Positions 8,744 through 17,500 of a stretch of 64,000 bases of DNA are shown one piece after another; the first letter of the stretch is position 1, and every line of letters begins with the position of its first letter. Both the position numbers and the translations under genes were made by a program. The stretch is taken from the NCBI GenBank assembly GCA_016938065.1, contig JAFGVI010000113.1:3256-67255 (forward strand), given 5' to 3'. The notes beneath the pieces were generated by a model. That model made no database searches. It saw only the letters and a list, made by a program, of their open reading frames with translations, and was not told where the DNA came from. This DNA comes from Deltaproteobacteria bacterium. GTDB lineage: Bacteria; Desulfobacterota; Anaeroferrophillalia; Anaeroferrophillales; Tharpellaceae.

Positions 8744-9496
8744 ATGAAACAGGTATTTAAACGACCCGAGTCGATGACCGACAAGCTCTTTCATTTTTGT
8801 CCGGGCTGTCATCACGGTATTGTGCATCGGCTGGTGGCCGAAGCCATTGATCATTTTGCTGTGCGGGAAAAAACCATAGGTGTCGCATCGGTGGGTTGTT
8901 CGGTTTTCTTGTATGACTATTTTGCCGTCGATGTTATCGAAGCTCCGCATGGCCGGGCGGCCGCGGTGGCGACCGGAACCAAAAGGGTGTTGCAGGACCA
9001 TGTAGTTTTTACCTATCAGGGGGATGGTGATCTGGCCGCGATCGGCACGGCTGAGGTGATTCATGCCGCCAATCGGGGAGATAATATTACGGTTATTTTT
9101 GTCAATAATGGAATTTACGGGATGACCGGCGGGCAGATGGCGCCCACGACCCTGCTCGGACAGCGCAGTACGACCTCGCCCTATGGCCGGGAAAATCGCC
9201 GTGATGGTTATCCGATCAAGATGACTGAAATGCTGGCGGCTCTCGAAGGGCCTTCACTGGTTTCCCGGGTCGCGGTCAACACCCCCGGCAATGTCAAGAA
9301 AGCGCGCAAGGTAATCCGCCAGGCCTTTCAGATGCAGCTCGAGGGTAAGGGGTTTTCCTTTGTCGAGGTACTCTCGACCTGTCCCACCAACTGGGGCATG
9401 ACGCCGCAGGCCGCCAATGACCGTATTGCCGAAGAGATGATACCCTATTTCCCTTTGGGTACCCTGAAACAGAAAGATGTCATCGACGTTCTCTAA
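8744..9496 (+). CDS. 2-oxoacid:ferredoxin oxidoreductase beta subunit (TPP-binding)
   Basis: The motifs FCPGCHHG, the TPP motif GDGDLAAIG and [11 protein letters not shown] are present. Confidence 0.85.
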   Translation: MKQVFKRPESMTDKLFHFCPGCHHGIVHRLVAEAIDHFAVREKTIGVASVGCSVFLYDYFAVDVIEAPHGRAAAVATGTKRVLQDHVVFTYQGDGDLAAIGTAEVIHAANRGDNITVIFVNNGIYGMTGGQMAPTTLLGQRSTTSPYGRENRRDGYPIKMTEMLAALEGPSLVSRVAVNTPGNVKKARKVIRQAFQMQLEGKGFSFVEVLSTCPTNWGMTPQAANDRIAEEMIPYFPLGTLKQKDVIDVL

Positions 9497-9511
9497 AATT
9501 AAGGTAAGATT

Positions 9512-10054
9512 ATGTATAATGATGTAATAATGGCTGGCTTTGGCGGGCAGGGGATTATGCTTATCGGTAATCTGCTGGCCTATGCCGCGATTCGGGAAGA
9601 TAAGAATGTCACCTATCTGCCCTCCTATGGGGTGGAGATGCGGGGCGGGACGGCTAACTGCTCGGTGGTTATTGATGAACGGCCTATTGGTTCCCCGGTA
9701 GTGGGCCGGCCTTTGTCGCTGATTATCATGAACCGGCCTTCACTGCTTAAATTTGAGCCGCGCATGAAGTCCGGTGGAATCATAATTTTGAACAAAACCC
9801 TGGTTGATCCCGAGGTTTCGGAGCGTAATGACATTGATCTGGTTGCGATCGATCTGAACGAGGTTTCAGAAAAGGCCGCAGGCAGTCCCCGGCTGGCCAA
9901 TATGGTGGCGCTTGGCGCCTATGTGCAGAAGAGTGGAGTCGTCGCCGTCGAGTCGGTGACGGCGGCACTGAAAGACGCTCTGCATGCCAAGTATCACAAG
10001 ATGATTCCCGCCAACAAAAAGGCGATTGAAGCGGGGGCGGCGGCAGCTTCCTGA
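9512..10054 (+). CDS. 2-oxoacid:ferredoxin oxidoreductase gamma subunit
   Basis: The motifs GFGGQGIMLIGNLLA and SYGVEMRGGTANCSVV are characteristic of gamma subunits. Confidence 0.85.
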   Translation: MYNDVIMAGFGGQGIMLIGNLLAYAAIREDKNVTYLPSYGVEMRGGTANCSVVIDERPIGSPVVGRPLSLIIMNRPSLLKFEPRMKSGGIIILNKTLVDPEVSERNDIDLVAIDLNEVSEKAAGSPRLANMVALGAYVQKSGVVAVESVTAALKDALHAKYHKMIPANKKAIEAGAAAAS

Positions 10055-10101
10055 GGGGTTTTTGCGAGAATAACTGATATAAATGTTGAGGAAGTGGACT
10101 G

Positions 10102-10665
10102 ATGGAAGAAGTCAAGGTTGGTGAGAGAATCAAAGCCCTGCGTCTGGAGGCGAATATTTCGTTGCAGGATCTGGCTGGAAAAAGCGGCTATTCTACAGCC
10201 GTTCTTTCGCAGATTGAGAATCATCTGATTTCCCCTTCGCTGGGTGTTCTGGTGCATCTGGCCAAGGCGATGGATGTTAAGATCGGAGCCTTCTTCGGTA
10301 AGGAGGAGGCTCAGCCGTTCACTCTGATCCGCCGGGGTGAGGAACACACCGTTTCACGTTTCGCTTCGAAAGAGGGGGTGCGTTACGGTTATACTTATGA
10401 ATCTCTGGGGACGGGCAAGAAAGATCGGCGTATGGAGCCCTTCATTATTACCCTGGAACCGGCCACGATTAAAAATGATAAGTGCAACGGCCATGAAGGC
10501 GAAGAATTTATCTATGTTCTGGAAGGACGCATCGATGTTACCCTGGGAACCCATACGGATGTTTTGGGTGAGGGCGATTGTATTTATTATGACTCAGCCA
10601 TTCCTCATCGGGTGCAGTGTCATGGAGGGGTAACCGCAAAAATTCTGGCGGTTGTTCACCCTTGA
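10102..10665 (+). CDS. XRE-family HTH / cupin-domain transcriptional regulator
   Basis: N-terminal HTH (IKALRLEANISLQDLAGKSGYSTAVLSQIENH) and a C-terminal cupin (GEEFIYVLEGRIDV...CIYYDSAIPH). Confidence 0.8.
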   Translation: MEEVKVGERIKALRLEANISLQDLAGKSGYSTAVLSQIENHLISPSLGVLVHLAKAMDVKIGAFFGKEEAQPFTLIRRGEEHTVSRFASKEGVRYGYTYESLGTGKKDRRMEPFIITLEPATIKNDKCNGHEGEEFIYVLEGRIDVTLGTHTDVLGEGDCIYYDSAIPHRVQCHGGVTAKILAVVHP

Positions 10666-10696
10666 AATGTAGATTGTATCTTTGTTCTATGAGTCA

Positions 10697-10734
10697 CAAA
10701 AGGCGAATCCCAGCGGATTCGCCTTTTGCGTTTT
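10697..10734 (+). terminator. rho-independent terminator
   Basis: AAAAGGCGAATCC - CAGC - GGATTCGCCTTTT, followed by GCGTTTT. Confidence 0.75.
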
Positions 10735-10766
10735 CGGGCTGGCAGCGACAGAGCGCCATGATTGTG

Positions 10767-10803
10767 TGACGGGCGTCAAGATTATGACGCCTGACGATCG
10801 TCA
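10767..10803. promoter_or_regulatory. cluster of TGACG/CGTCA palindromes (candidate enhancer/UAS)
   Basis: TGACG-GG-CGTCA (10767-10778), TGACG (10785-10789) and the perfect palindrome TGACGATCGTCA (10792-10803) lie ~85-120 nt upstream of the -24/-12 promoter. Confidence 0.35.
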
Positions 10804-10886
10804 ATAATCGCTGATAATAAAAGTTATTTTCTTTTTTCTCGGTTAATGGTAGTGTTTTTGGCTGGGAATCTGGTCGGACCGGCAGC

Positions 10887-10902
10887 TGGCATAATCATTG
10901 CT
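10887..10902 (+). promoter_or_regulatory. sigma-54 (-24/-12) promoter upstream of motA
   Basis: TGGCAT-AATCA-TTGCT with exact GG-N10-GC spacing, ~130 nt upstream of the motA ATG. Confidence 0.65.
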
Positions 10903-11030
10903 ATTCATGATTACAGGTTTCATTCTGCAAACTCGCAAGCCGAAAATTATTTGTGTTTACCTGCAGATAGCTACTCTTTTCAGAGCAGTTTCTTGTTTTT
11001 TTCAAACCGAAAATAAGCTGTAAGGCGCCG

Positions 11031-11795
11031 ATGGATTTAGCAACAATTTTGGGGATTGTTTCCGCGTTTTCTCTGGTGATCGCCGCGATTGCTACGGGTG
11101 GCGGTATGCTGGTTTTCTGGAATCTGCCCTCCTTGCTGATTGTGGTGGGCGGGACTTTCGGGGCAACCCTGATCAGCTTTCCCTTAGGAGAGTTCGCGAA
11201 CCTTTTGCGCTATCTGAAGAATGCGCTTTTCAGAGACCGGATGTCTCTGAACGAAAACATTGATATCCTTGTCGGACTCGTGCGCGAATCGCGCAAGGAG
11301 GGTATTCTGGCGCTGGAAAACCGCAGTAACGATGTTGCCATTGATTCTTTTATGCGTCAGGGTCTGGTTTATCTAGTTGATGGTCTGAAAGCTGAAATCA
11401 TTGAAGATATTCTGACGCTGGATATGGAAAGTACGCGTGAGCGGCATGAACTTGGAGCTCATATTTTTACGACCATGGGCACGATAGCTCCGGCCATGGG
11501 CCTGGTTGGAACCCTGATCGGTCTGGTGCAGATGCTGCAGACCATGGATGATCCTGCCAGTATCGGGCCGGCTATGGCGGTTGCCCTCCTGACGACCTTT
11601 TACGGTGCTGTTTTGGCAAATTTTATTTTTTTGCCGCTGGCGGGAAAACTGCGGCGCCGCAGCCAGCGCGAAATCTTTTCGCGCAGATTGATTACCGAGG
11701 GCATTGTCGCTATCTCCCGTGGTGATAATCCGCAGGTCGTACAATATCGACTTGAGTCTTTTCTGCCGCCGGCCTGGCGTAAAGGGCCGCGCTAA
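11031..11795 (+). CDS. motA: flagellar stator protein MotA (MotA/TolQ/ExbB channel family)
   Basis: The C-terminal channel motif GPAMAVALLTTFYGAVLANFIFLPLAGKL is present. The gene sits ahead of the MotB-like genes and fliLMN. Confidence 0.85.
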   Translation: MDLATILGIVSAFSLVIAAIATGGGMLVFWNLPSLLIVVGGTFGATLISFPLGEFANLLRYLKNALFRDRMSLNENIDILVGLVRESRKEGILALENRSNDVAIDSFMRQGLVYLVDGLKAEIIEDILTLDMESTRERHELGAHIFTTMGTIAPAMGLVGTLIGLVQMLQTMDDPASIGPAMAVALLTTFYGAVLANFIFLPLAGKLRRRSQREIFSRRLITEGIVAISRGDNPQVVQYRLESFLPPAWRKGPR

Positions 11796-11826
11796 AGGGG
11801 GGAGAACGAAAGAAGGGAGGGCTGTT

Positions 11827-12570
11827 TTGGCGAATAAATTTTCTGAGGCTGCTGCGGAAAACGCGGCTCTGGCGCCCCTGATGGCGTCGCTGAGTTTGAT
11901 TATGATCGCTTTTTTCATCCTCTTCTATTCAATGAGCGTAATTGACGAGAGCAAAAAAGTGCTGGCTGTCGGTTCTTTGCAGGGTAGTTTCGGTTATCTG
12001 GATGGAGGGCGGGATATCAATCTCGAAAAAGCCCCTGGTACCCGGCTTCTGAAGTCGGCAACGGTTGCAGAGCGTGTTCAGGATGTCAAGGCCAGACTAG
12101 ACAGTTATATGCGGCGGCGGGGTTTAAAGAGCAGTGATCTGCAGGTTTTTGCCGAAGATCAGGGGGTTGATATTGCTTTCAGGCACCAGCTTCTTTTTAC
12201 AGGGGAGGCGGCGCGCCTGAGCCCGGCAGGTGAAGCCTTGATGTTGAAGATTGCCGGGTTATTTAAAGATTTGCGTCAGGTTCGTTTTGAACTGGTTGAT
12301 TATGCCGGTGCCGGCGACAAGACCCCGCAGCTTTTATCCGGACTGCCCCTGGCCGCACTGCGGTCTGCGGGACTCTATCGTTTTCTGGTGCTGCGCGGCG
12401 GTTGGCCGGCGGCTTCGCTGCGGGCTTTCGGCCGTCTCGCGGAAGCCTCACCGGATCAGGGCGGGACTTTTGCGAAAGAGTATCTTTTGTTACGGGTCAT
12501 TGGTGGCGCCCCGGTTTACGGAGTTGATGGAAAGGAGAGAAAGATTAAAGTCGGAGACTTTACTTTCTGA
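11827..12570 (+). CDS. MotB-like protein, degenerate (no channel Asp, degenerate OmpA-like domain)
   Basis: TTG 11827 after GAAGGGAGGG is preferred, because the track start 11704 overlaps motA by 92 nt. The single TM is APLMASLSLIMIAFFILFYSMS. The OmpA-like C-terminus lacks the usual GHTD and NRR motifs. Confidence 0.55.
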   Translation: MANKFSEAAAENAALAPLMASLSLIMIAFFILFYSMSVIDESKKVLAVGSLQGSFGYLDGGRDINLEKAPGTRLLKSATVAERVQDVKARLDSYMRRRGLKSSDLQVFAEDQGVDIAFRHQLLFTGEAARLSPAGEALMLKIAGLFKDLRQVRFELVDYAGAGDKTPQLLSGLPLAALRSAGLYRFLVLRGGWPAASLRAFGRLAEASPDQGGTFAKEYLLLRVIGGAPVYGVDGKERKIKVGDFTF

Positions 12571-12575
12571 TCTTT

Positions 12576-13331
12576 ATGTCTCTTAAACAGCGGAAAAAAT
12601 TTTATCTTGAGCGGCCTTTGCCTGCAGGCGACAGTGCGGGCTGGATGGTTACCCTTTCGGATATGCTCTTGCTGCTGTTGACTTTTTTTGTTCTGCTGAT
12701 CTCAATGTCATCTTTCGATCATGGTTTGCTCCTTGATGTTTTCGGGGGGCCGCTGCCCGGTTCGAGTGGTGTCCTCGAGCGGGGGGGCAGTATTCCCATC
12801 GTTGTTGCTCCGAACGAGTCTGCAGACAAGTTACGCAAGCGTGAAGATCTGCCCCTCGACCGGAGACTGTCGGAGTCACGCAGCCGGCTGCTGGATAATC
12901 TTGAAAAAAATATGGGTCAGGCTCTGCTCCGGATTGAGCTGGTTGACAACGGGCTTGAACTTGAGATTATGAGCGATAAGCTCTTTGGCACCCTTGATGA
13001 TGCCCTGAAACCTCAAGGTGAAGAGATTTTGCGTCATTTGGGTGTTTTTCTTAAGGACTGGCGCGGACTTGTCGAGGTCGAGGTCCATACTGATAATTTC
13101 CCGATGCAGACGGCCCGTTTTCCCGACAGCAGCACGCTGGCGGCTTGGCGTGGGGCGCAACTGCTTGATGTTCTAGAGCGGTACGGCCTTGAGCGAAAAA
13201 AAATTCTGCTGGCGGCTTACGGTGCTGACCGGGGGGTGACGGTTAATGATACGCCGGAAAATCGTCAGCGTAACCGGCGGATAGTTCTACGCTTGCCGGG
13301 GTGGGTGCAGAAGATTGATGCGGAGAGCTGA
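12576..13331 (+). CDS. motB: flagellar stator protein MotB (OmpA-like peptidoglycan-binding)
   Basis: The TM carries the conserved Asp (GWMVTLSDMLLLLLTFFVLL). The C-terminal OmpA motifs are present (VEVEVHTDN..., NRQRNRRIVLRL). Confidence 0.8.
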   Translation: MSLKQRKKFYLERPLPAGDSAGWMVTLSDMLLLLLTFFVLLISMSSFDHGLLLDVFGGPLPGSSGVLERGGSIPIVVAPNESADKLRKREDLPLDRRLSESRSRLLDNLEKNMGQALLRIELVDNGLELEIMSDKLFGTLDDALKPQGEEILRHLGVFLKDWRGLVEVEVHTDNFPMQTARFPDSSTLAAWRGAQLLDVLERYGLERKKILLAAYGADRGVTVNDTPENRQRNRRIVLRLPGWVQKIDAES

Positions 13332-13372
13332 ACTCTAAAAATCGTCAACAGCTATAGGAAGGGAGAAAAAAA

Positions 13373-13879
13373 GTGGCAAAAAAAAAGGAAGCGGAAGTTC
13401 CGGACGAGGGACAGGAAGTTAAAAAGTCTAAAAAAGGTCTTCTGATTATTATCATCCTTGTCGTTTTGCTGCTCGGCGGAGGCGGCTTCGGGGCTTACTG
13501 GTTCTTGCTGCGGACTCCGGCCCCGACTGCTGAGGAGTTGGCGGCGCAGGAGGCCGCCCGAAAGCCGGAACCGGTGATCCTGCCGGTTTTTGCGCTGAAG
13601 CCTTTTGTCGTCAACCTGGCGGATAAGAAATCGCGGCGCTATCTTAAGGTGACGATGAAGCTCGAGCTCAGTAATCCGGAGCTTCTTGAGGAAGTAGAGA
13701 AGCGGCAGGCTCAGATTCGCGATGTGGTTCTGACGTTGCTCAGTTCCAAAACGGCCGATGAAATCAGCACGATGGAAGGAAAGTTTCTTTTGCGCCAGGA
13801 TATTATCAAAAGAGTAAATGTCAATCTGGTGACCGGTAAAATTACAAAGATATATTGGGAAGAGTTTGTTGTGCAATAG
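13373..13879 (+). CDS. fliL: flagellar basal-body-associated protein FliL
   Basis: GTG start after AGGAAGGGAG. It has one TM and the FliL core LKPFVVNLADKKSRRYLKVTMKLELSN. Confidence 0.85.
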   Translation: MAKKKEAEVPDEGQEVKKSKKGLLIIIILVVLLLGGGGFGAYWFLLRTPAPTAEELAAQEAARKPEPVILPVFALKPFVVNLADKKSRRYLKVTMKLELSNPELLEEVEKRQAQIRDVVLTLLSSKTADEISTMEGKFLLRQDIIKRVNVNLVTGKITKIYWEEFVVQ

Positions 13880-13938
13880 ATACGTAGTTAAGACCGGGTT
13901 CCAGTTTTTTTGACAGCGGTTTGCCGGAGTAGGTTTTT

Positions 13939-14913
13939 ATGAGTCAGGTTTTAACCCAGGAAGAAATTGATGCTCTGCTGCAGGGGGTAGGTGGCGGTGA
14001 TGTTGCGACGGAAACCGATCTGCCTCTGGATGACGGTGCGTTTCAATCATACGATCTGACCAGCCAGGAGCGGATTATCCGGGGTCGCATGCCGACCTTG
14101 GAGATCATCAATCAGCGTTTTGCCCGAACCTTCAGAACTTCACTTTCGACGCTTCTGCACAAAGTTATCGATGTTACTCCCCTGGTTTCGGATATGATGA
14201 AATTCGGGGAGTTTCTTAAAACCATTCCGGTGCCGGCCAGCATTCATCTCTTCAAGATGGAGCCTTTGCGGGGGATGGCGCTGGTTATTGTTGAGAGTAA
14301 GCTGGTTTTCTCGCTTATCGATATGTTTTTCGGCGGCGGCGGTCGCGACAGTGTTAAGGTAGAGGGGCGGGATTTTACCGCGATTGAAGAGCGGGTGGTG
14401 CGTAAAGTCGTAGAAGCCTCTCTGGTTTGCATGGAAGATGCGTGGAGTCCTATAGAAGAGATCCATTTTTCCTTTGTCCGCTCCGAGATTAACCCGCAGT
14501 TTGTGACTATTGTGCCCTCCAGCGATGTTGTAATTCTTTCAACCTTTACGCTGGAGATGGATGAGTTTTCCGGAGCGATTACGGTCTGTATTCCCTATTC
14601 TCTGGTTGAGCCCTTGCGCAATAAGCTCTATACCGGTTTTCAGAGTGAGCGTCTTGAGGTTGACGTGACCTGGTTGCGGCGTCTGGTCAACCGCCTGGTG
14701 ACGGTTGATGTTGAACTGTCGGCCAATCTGGGCACGACGCAGATTACGGCCCGCCAGCTTCTGGAGCTTAAAGTCGGGGACATTATTCCCCTGCGTCAGG
14801 ATGCTTCTGAGCTGATGAAGGTCTACGTTGAAAAATGTCTTAAATATCGGGCGATTGCCGGCACCTCCAAAGGTTCCAAGGCGGTTATGCTCAAGCAGAG
14901 AGTCAGAGGTTAA
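13939..14913 (+). CDS. fliM: flagellar motor switch protein FliM
   Basis: The N-terminal CheY-P binding peptide MSQVLTQEEIDALLQG is present, together with the FliM middle and C-terminal SpoA-like regions. Confidence 0.9.
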   Translation: MSQVLTQEEIDALLQGVGGGDVATETDLPLDDGAFQSYDLTSQERIIRGRMPTLEIINQRFARTFRTSLSTLLHKVIDVTPLVSDMMKFGEFLKTIPVPASIHLFKMEPLRGMALVIVESKLVFSLIDMFFGGGGRDSVKVEGRDFTAIEERVVRKVVEASLVCMEDAWSPIEEIHFSFVRSEINPQFVTIVPSSDVVILSTFTLEMDEFSGAITVCIPYSLVEPLRNKLYTGFQSERLEVDVTWLRRLVNRLVTVDVELSANLGTTQITARQLLELKVGDIIPLRQDASELMKVYVEKCLKYRAIAGTSKGSKAVMLKQRVRG

Positions 14914-14924
14914 GAGGTGGACGG

Positions 14925-15461
14925 ATGGATGATCTTTTTGATCAGGTAAAAAAAGAGCTGGAAAATGAAGGTGGACTTGACACTGCTGCTGAGACCAGGA
15001 AATCGGTTTCGGGGCCCAGTGCTCAGGATCTGATTGACGATATCTCCTGGGATGATGTTGCCGGAGAACTGGAAGAACAGCGCACCATGATCAAAGATGA
15101 GGCTGCGGGCAAGAAGGCAAAACCGGCGGGAGCTGCGGCGCCTCCAGCCGCGGATGATGGCCTGCTCTCGACCCTTAATGGAGAGCAGCGTCAGCAGTTG
15201 CCGCCCAATATCGGATTTATTCTGGATATACCTTTGCAACTGGCGGTCGAAATCGGGCGGACAAGAATGATTATCAATGATCTTCTGCAGCTTGGGCAGG
15301 GCTCGGTGATTGAACTCGACAAACTGGCCGGAGAGCCCTTTGATGTTCTGGTCAACAATAAACTTATCGCTCGCGGCGAGGTTGTTGTTGTCAATGAAAA
15401 ATTCGGTATCCGCCTGACCGATATCATAAGTCCGACCGAGCGGATTGAGCAGCTCAGATGA
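14925..15461 (+). CDS. fliN: flagellar motor switch protein FliN
   Basis: C-terminal SpoA/FliN domain (LDIPLQLAVEIGRTRMIINDLLQLGQGSVIELDKLAGEPFDVLVNNKLIARGEVVVVNEKFGIRLTDI). Confidence 0.9.
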   Translation: MDDLFDQVKKELENEGGLDTAAETRKSVSGPSAQDLIDDISWDDVAGELEEQRTMIKDEAAGKKAKPAGAAAPPAADDGLLSTLNGEQRQQLPPNIGFILDIPLQLAVEIGRTRMIINDLLQLGQGSVIELDKLAGEPFDVLVNNKLIARGEVVVVNEKFGIRLTDIISPTERIEQLR

Positions 15462-15504
15462 TCTTCTCAATCATAAATCCTACTCATACCGAGAGTACTT
15501 CATT

Positions 15505-16650
15505 ATGAGGTTGCATAGAGTCTGTAGTCGTTATGCTCTGATCGTCCTTTTTCTCCTGTTTTCAGCTTCGCTCTTTCCGGGAATGCGCCTGAGCGGAACG
15601 GCGGCGGCAGAGGAACTGGGTTTCAGGGCAGCCGACAAAAAAATGCTTTTTACAATCCCGTATAAAAGTGTACCGGAAATCAATGCTCTGTTTCAGGATC
15701 AGGGCGATCGGGTGGTTCTGGTTTTGCCGGAAGCAGGCCTGCAGGCGAAAGAGCAGGAGCAGGTTATCGATGACGAGTGGGTGACGACATCCGGGGTGGC
15801 GAGAGTGGGTTCGCAGTGGTACTGGTATCTGAAAAAACGGGACCCGACATTAAAGGTCAGATCTTTTCTGGCTCTGGAGCGCAAAAATTCATACCTCCAG
15901 GTTGTGCTTTTGAAAGCGTTTCGACCCTGGCCCGTGTCGGCTTCGGCTGATGCTCCGGCGTTGCGTACTTCTGTGCCTGAGGATGAGAAAAATAAAATAA
16001 GCGGTAAAATGGCCCGGGTGCAGAGGTTGCTTAATGGAGAGGAAGCCGGTGCTGAAAAAATTGCAGGTCAGGCTGCCGGCCCGGTCGAAGCCCCTCCTTC
16101 ACTGGTGATGTCGAGTCTGCGGAGCTTGTTGGTTCTGCTTTTTCTGGTTCTGGTTATTGTCGGTCTTTCGCTGTATTTAAAACGTTATCGTCGCGGTCGC
16201 AGCGGGTTGTCGGGATCCGGTCTGGTTAAGGTTTTAGGGGTCGAAACCGTAAGCGGCAAACATCAGGTGATGTTGCTTGAACTGCTCGATGAAGTACTGG
16301 TAGTTGGTATCTCAGCCGAGCAGATGACGGTGCTGACCACGATTAACGACCCGGATAAGGTTGAGGCGCTGCGGCTGCTTAACGACGGTGTTCGCGGTGG
16401 GCGGCGCTTTGCCGGGTATCTGAAAGGTTTTCTGGAAAAAACGCCAGCCGCCGAGATGGCTGCTCCTGCTCCCTCAGCCGCACTGGAAGCTGAGGTTGTG
16501 CCGCCAACTTACCAGCGGCCGGCGTCAGCCGCGCCGAAAAAAACTTTACAGAAATCGCGAAGCGAAGCTGAGGAATTGCCCGAGAACTATCAGGAGGTGG
16601 TCAGCCAGATAAAAGATCGCCTCAAAAACGGCGGAGGTCAGCGGGGATGA
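15505..16650 (+). CDS. fliO: FliO-like export-gate protein with long N-terminal secreted extension and Ala/Pro-rich tail
   Basis: ATG 15505 (MRLHRVCSRYALIVLFLLFSASLF) gives a signal-peptide-like N-terminus. The TM plus FliO core (LLVLLFLVLVIVGLSLYLKRYRR...LVKVLGVETVSGKHQVMLLELLDEVLVVGI) sits at residues ~220-300. The gene lies between fliN and fliP. Confidence 0.65.
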   Translation: MRLHRVCSRYALIVLFLLFSASLFPGMRLSGTAAAEELGFRAADKKMLFTIPYKSVPEINALFQDQGDRVVLVLPEAGLQAKEQEQVIDDEWVTTSGVARVGSQWYWYLKKRDPTLKVRSFLALERKNSYLQVVLLKAFRPWPVSASADAPALRTSVPEDEKNKISGKMARVQRLLNGEEAGAEKIAGQAAGPVEAPPSLVMSSLRSLLVLLFLVLVIVGLSLYLKRYRRGRSGLSGSGLVKVLGVETVSGKHQVMLLELLDEVLVVGISAEQMTVLTTINDPDKVEALRLLNDGVRGGRRFAGYLKGFLEKTPAAEMAAPAPSAALEAEVVPPTYQRPASAAPKKTLQKSRSEAEELPENYQEVVSQIKDRLKNGGGQRG

Positions 16651-17405
16651 AGCGCGGTGCTTTTCTGCTCATCCTGATTCCGGCCCTGCTTATGTTGCTG
16701 CCGGCCGCGGCAGTCAGGGCCGCACAGGAGGTTGCAATTCCGACCCTGCAGATCGGGATCGGGGCTACCAATGAACCTGGGCAGGTCTCAATTGCCATTC
16801 AGGTGCTGCTGTTGCTGACGGTTCTGGCCCTGGCGCCGTCGATCCTGGTTCTGATGACCTCGTTCACGCGCCTGGTCATTGTCTTTCATTTTCTGCGACA
16901 GGCGGTGGGTACGCAGACGATGCCGCCCAATCAGGTTCTGGTAGGCTTAAGTCTTTTTCTTACATTTTTTATTATGTATCCGGTGTTTGAACGTATTAAC
17001 AATGATGCGTTTCAGCCTTACATCGCCCAGACCATCGGCCAGGATGAGGCTTTCACCCGTGCCCTGCAGCCTTTGCGCGAGTTCATGTTCAAGCAGACCC
17101 ATGAAGATGACCTGGCGATGTTTATCGGCATGGCCAAGGTTGCGCGACCGAAAACTTTTGCCGATATTCCGACCCATGTCCTGATTCCGGCGTTTATTAT
17201 CAGCGAATTAAAAACCGCCTTTCAGATTGGTTTTCTGATTTACATTCCTTTCCTGATGCTCGATATGATTGTTGCCAGCGTACTTTTGTCGATGGGGATG
17301 ATGATGCTGCCTCCGGTCATGATCTCCCTGCCCTTTAAGCTGATCCTTTTTGTTATGGCCGATGGTTGGCGTTTGATGGTCGGATCGCTGATGCAGAGTT
17401 TTTAA
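16647..17405 (+). CDS. fliP: flagellar type III export protein FliP
   Basis: It has a signal peptide and conserved FliP motifs (LTSFTRLVIVFHFLRQAVG, IPAFIISELKTAFQIGF). The start overlaps the fliO stop as ATGA. Confidence 0.92.
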   Translation: MKRGAFLLILIPALLMLLPAAAVRAAQEVAIPTLQIGIGATNEPGQVSIAIQVLLLLTVLALAPSILVLMTSFTRLVIVFHFLRQAVGTQTMPPNQVLVGLSLFLTFFIMYPVFERINNDAFQPYIAQTIGQDEAFTRALQPLREFMFKQTHEDDLAMFIGMAKVARPKTFADIPTHVLIPAFIISELKTAFQIGFLIYIPFLMLDMIVASVLLSMGMMMLPPVMISLPFKLILFVMADGWRLMVGSLMQSF

Positions 17406-17442
17406 GAATTATCAGTTATTTATTAAGAATTATCAATTATCA
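17402..17442. repeat. AT-rich tandem repeat (TTAAGAATTATCAgTTAT / TTAAGAATTATCAATTAT)
   Basis: Two adjacent copies lie in the fliP-fliQ spacer. The second shares an exact 17-mer with the flhF-flhG spacer (23030-23046). A GC hairpin CTTGCGGC-CGT-GCCGCAAG follows. Confidence 0.7.
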
Positions 17443-17500
17443 ACTATGCGTTGAAAGTGCTCGCTTGCGGCCGTGCCGCAAGTCGGGCGAGGAAGGGAAA

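Noticed and set aside
13352-13876. Long antisense ORFs in the track. Examples: 13352..13876(-), 20669..21226(-), 28907..29638(-), 35509..36000(-), 40418..40807(-), 47483..47932(-), 50647..51183(-), 60577..61218(-)
   Set aside because: Each lies entirely opposite a gene with strong family motifs and shows low-complexity or Arg/Ser/Pro-rich translations typical of shadow frames. I do not call them as genes.
15445-15504. Upstream-extended starts given by the ORF track (15445 fliO, 17366 fliQ, 25264 kinase, 28735 regulator, 31398 flgH, 33429 flgJ-like, 34825 flgK, 3393, 11704, 39536)
   Set aside because: The extensions overlap the preceding gene, lack an RBS, or read through non-coding repeats. 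Internal ATG or TTG codons with Shine-Dalgarno sequences and sensible N-termini were preferred. The alternative starts cannot be excluded without experimental data.
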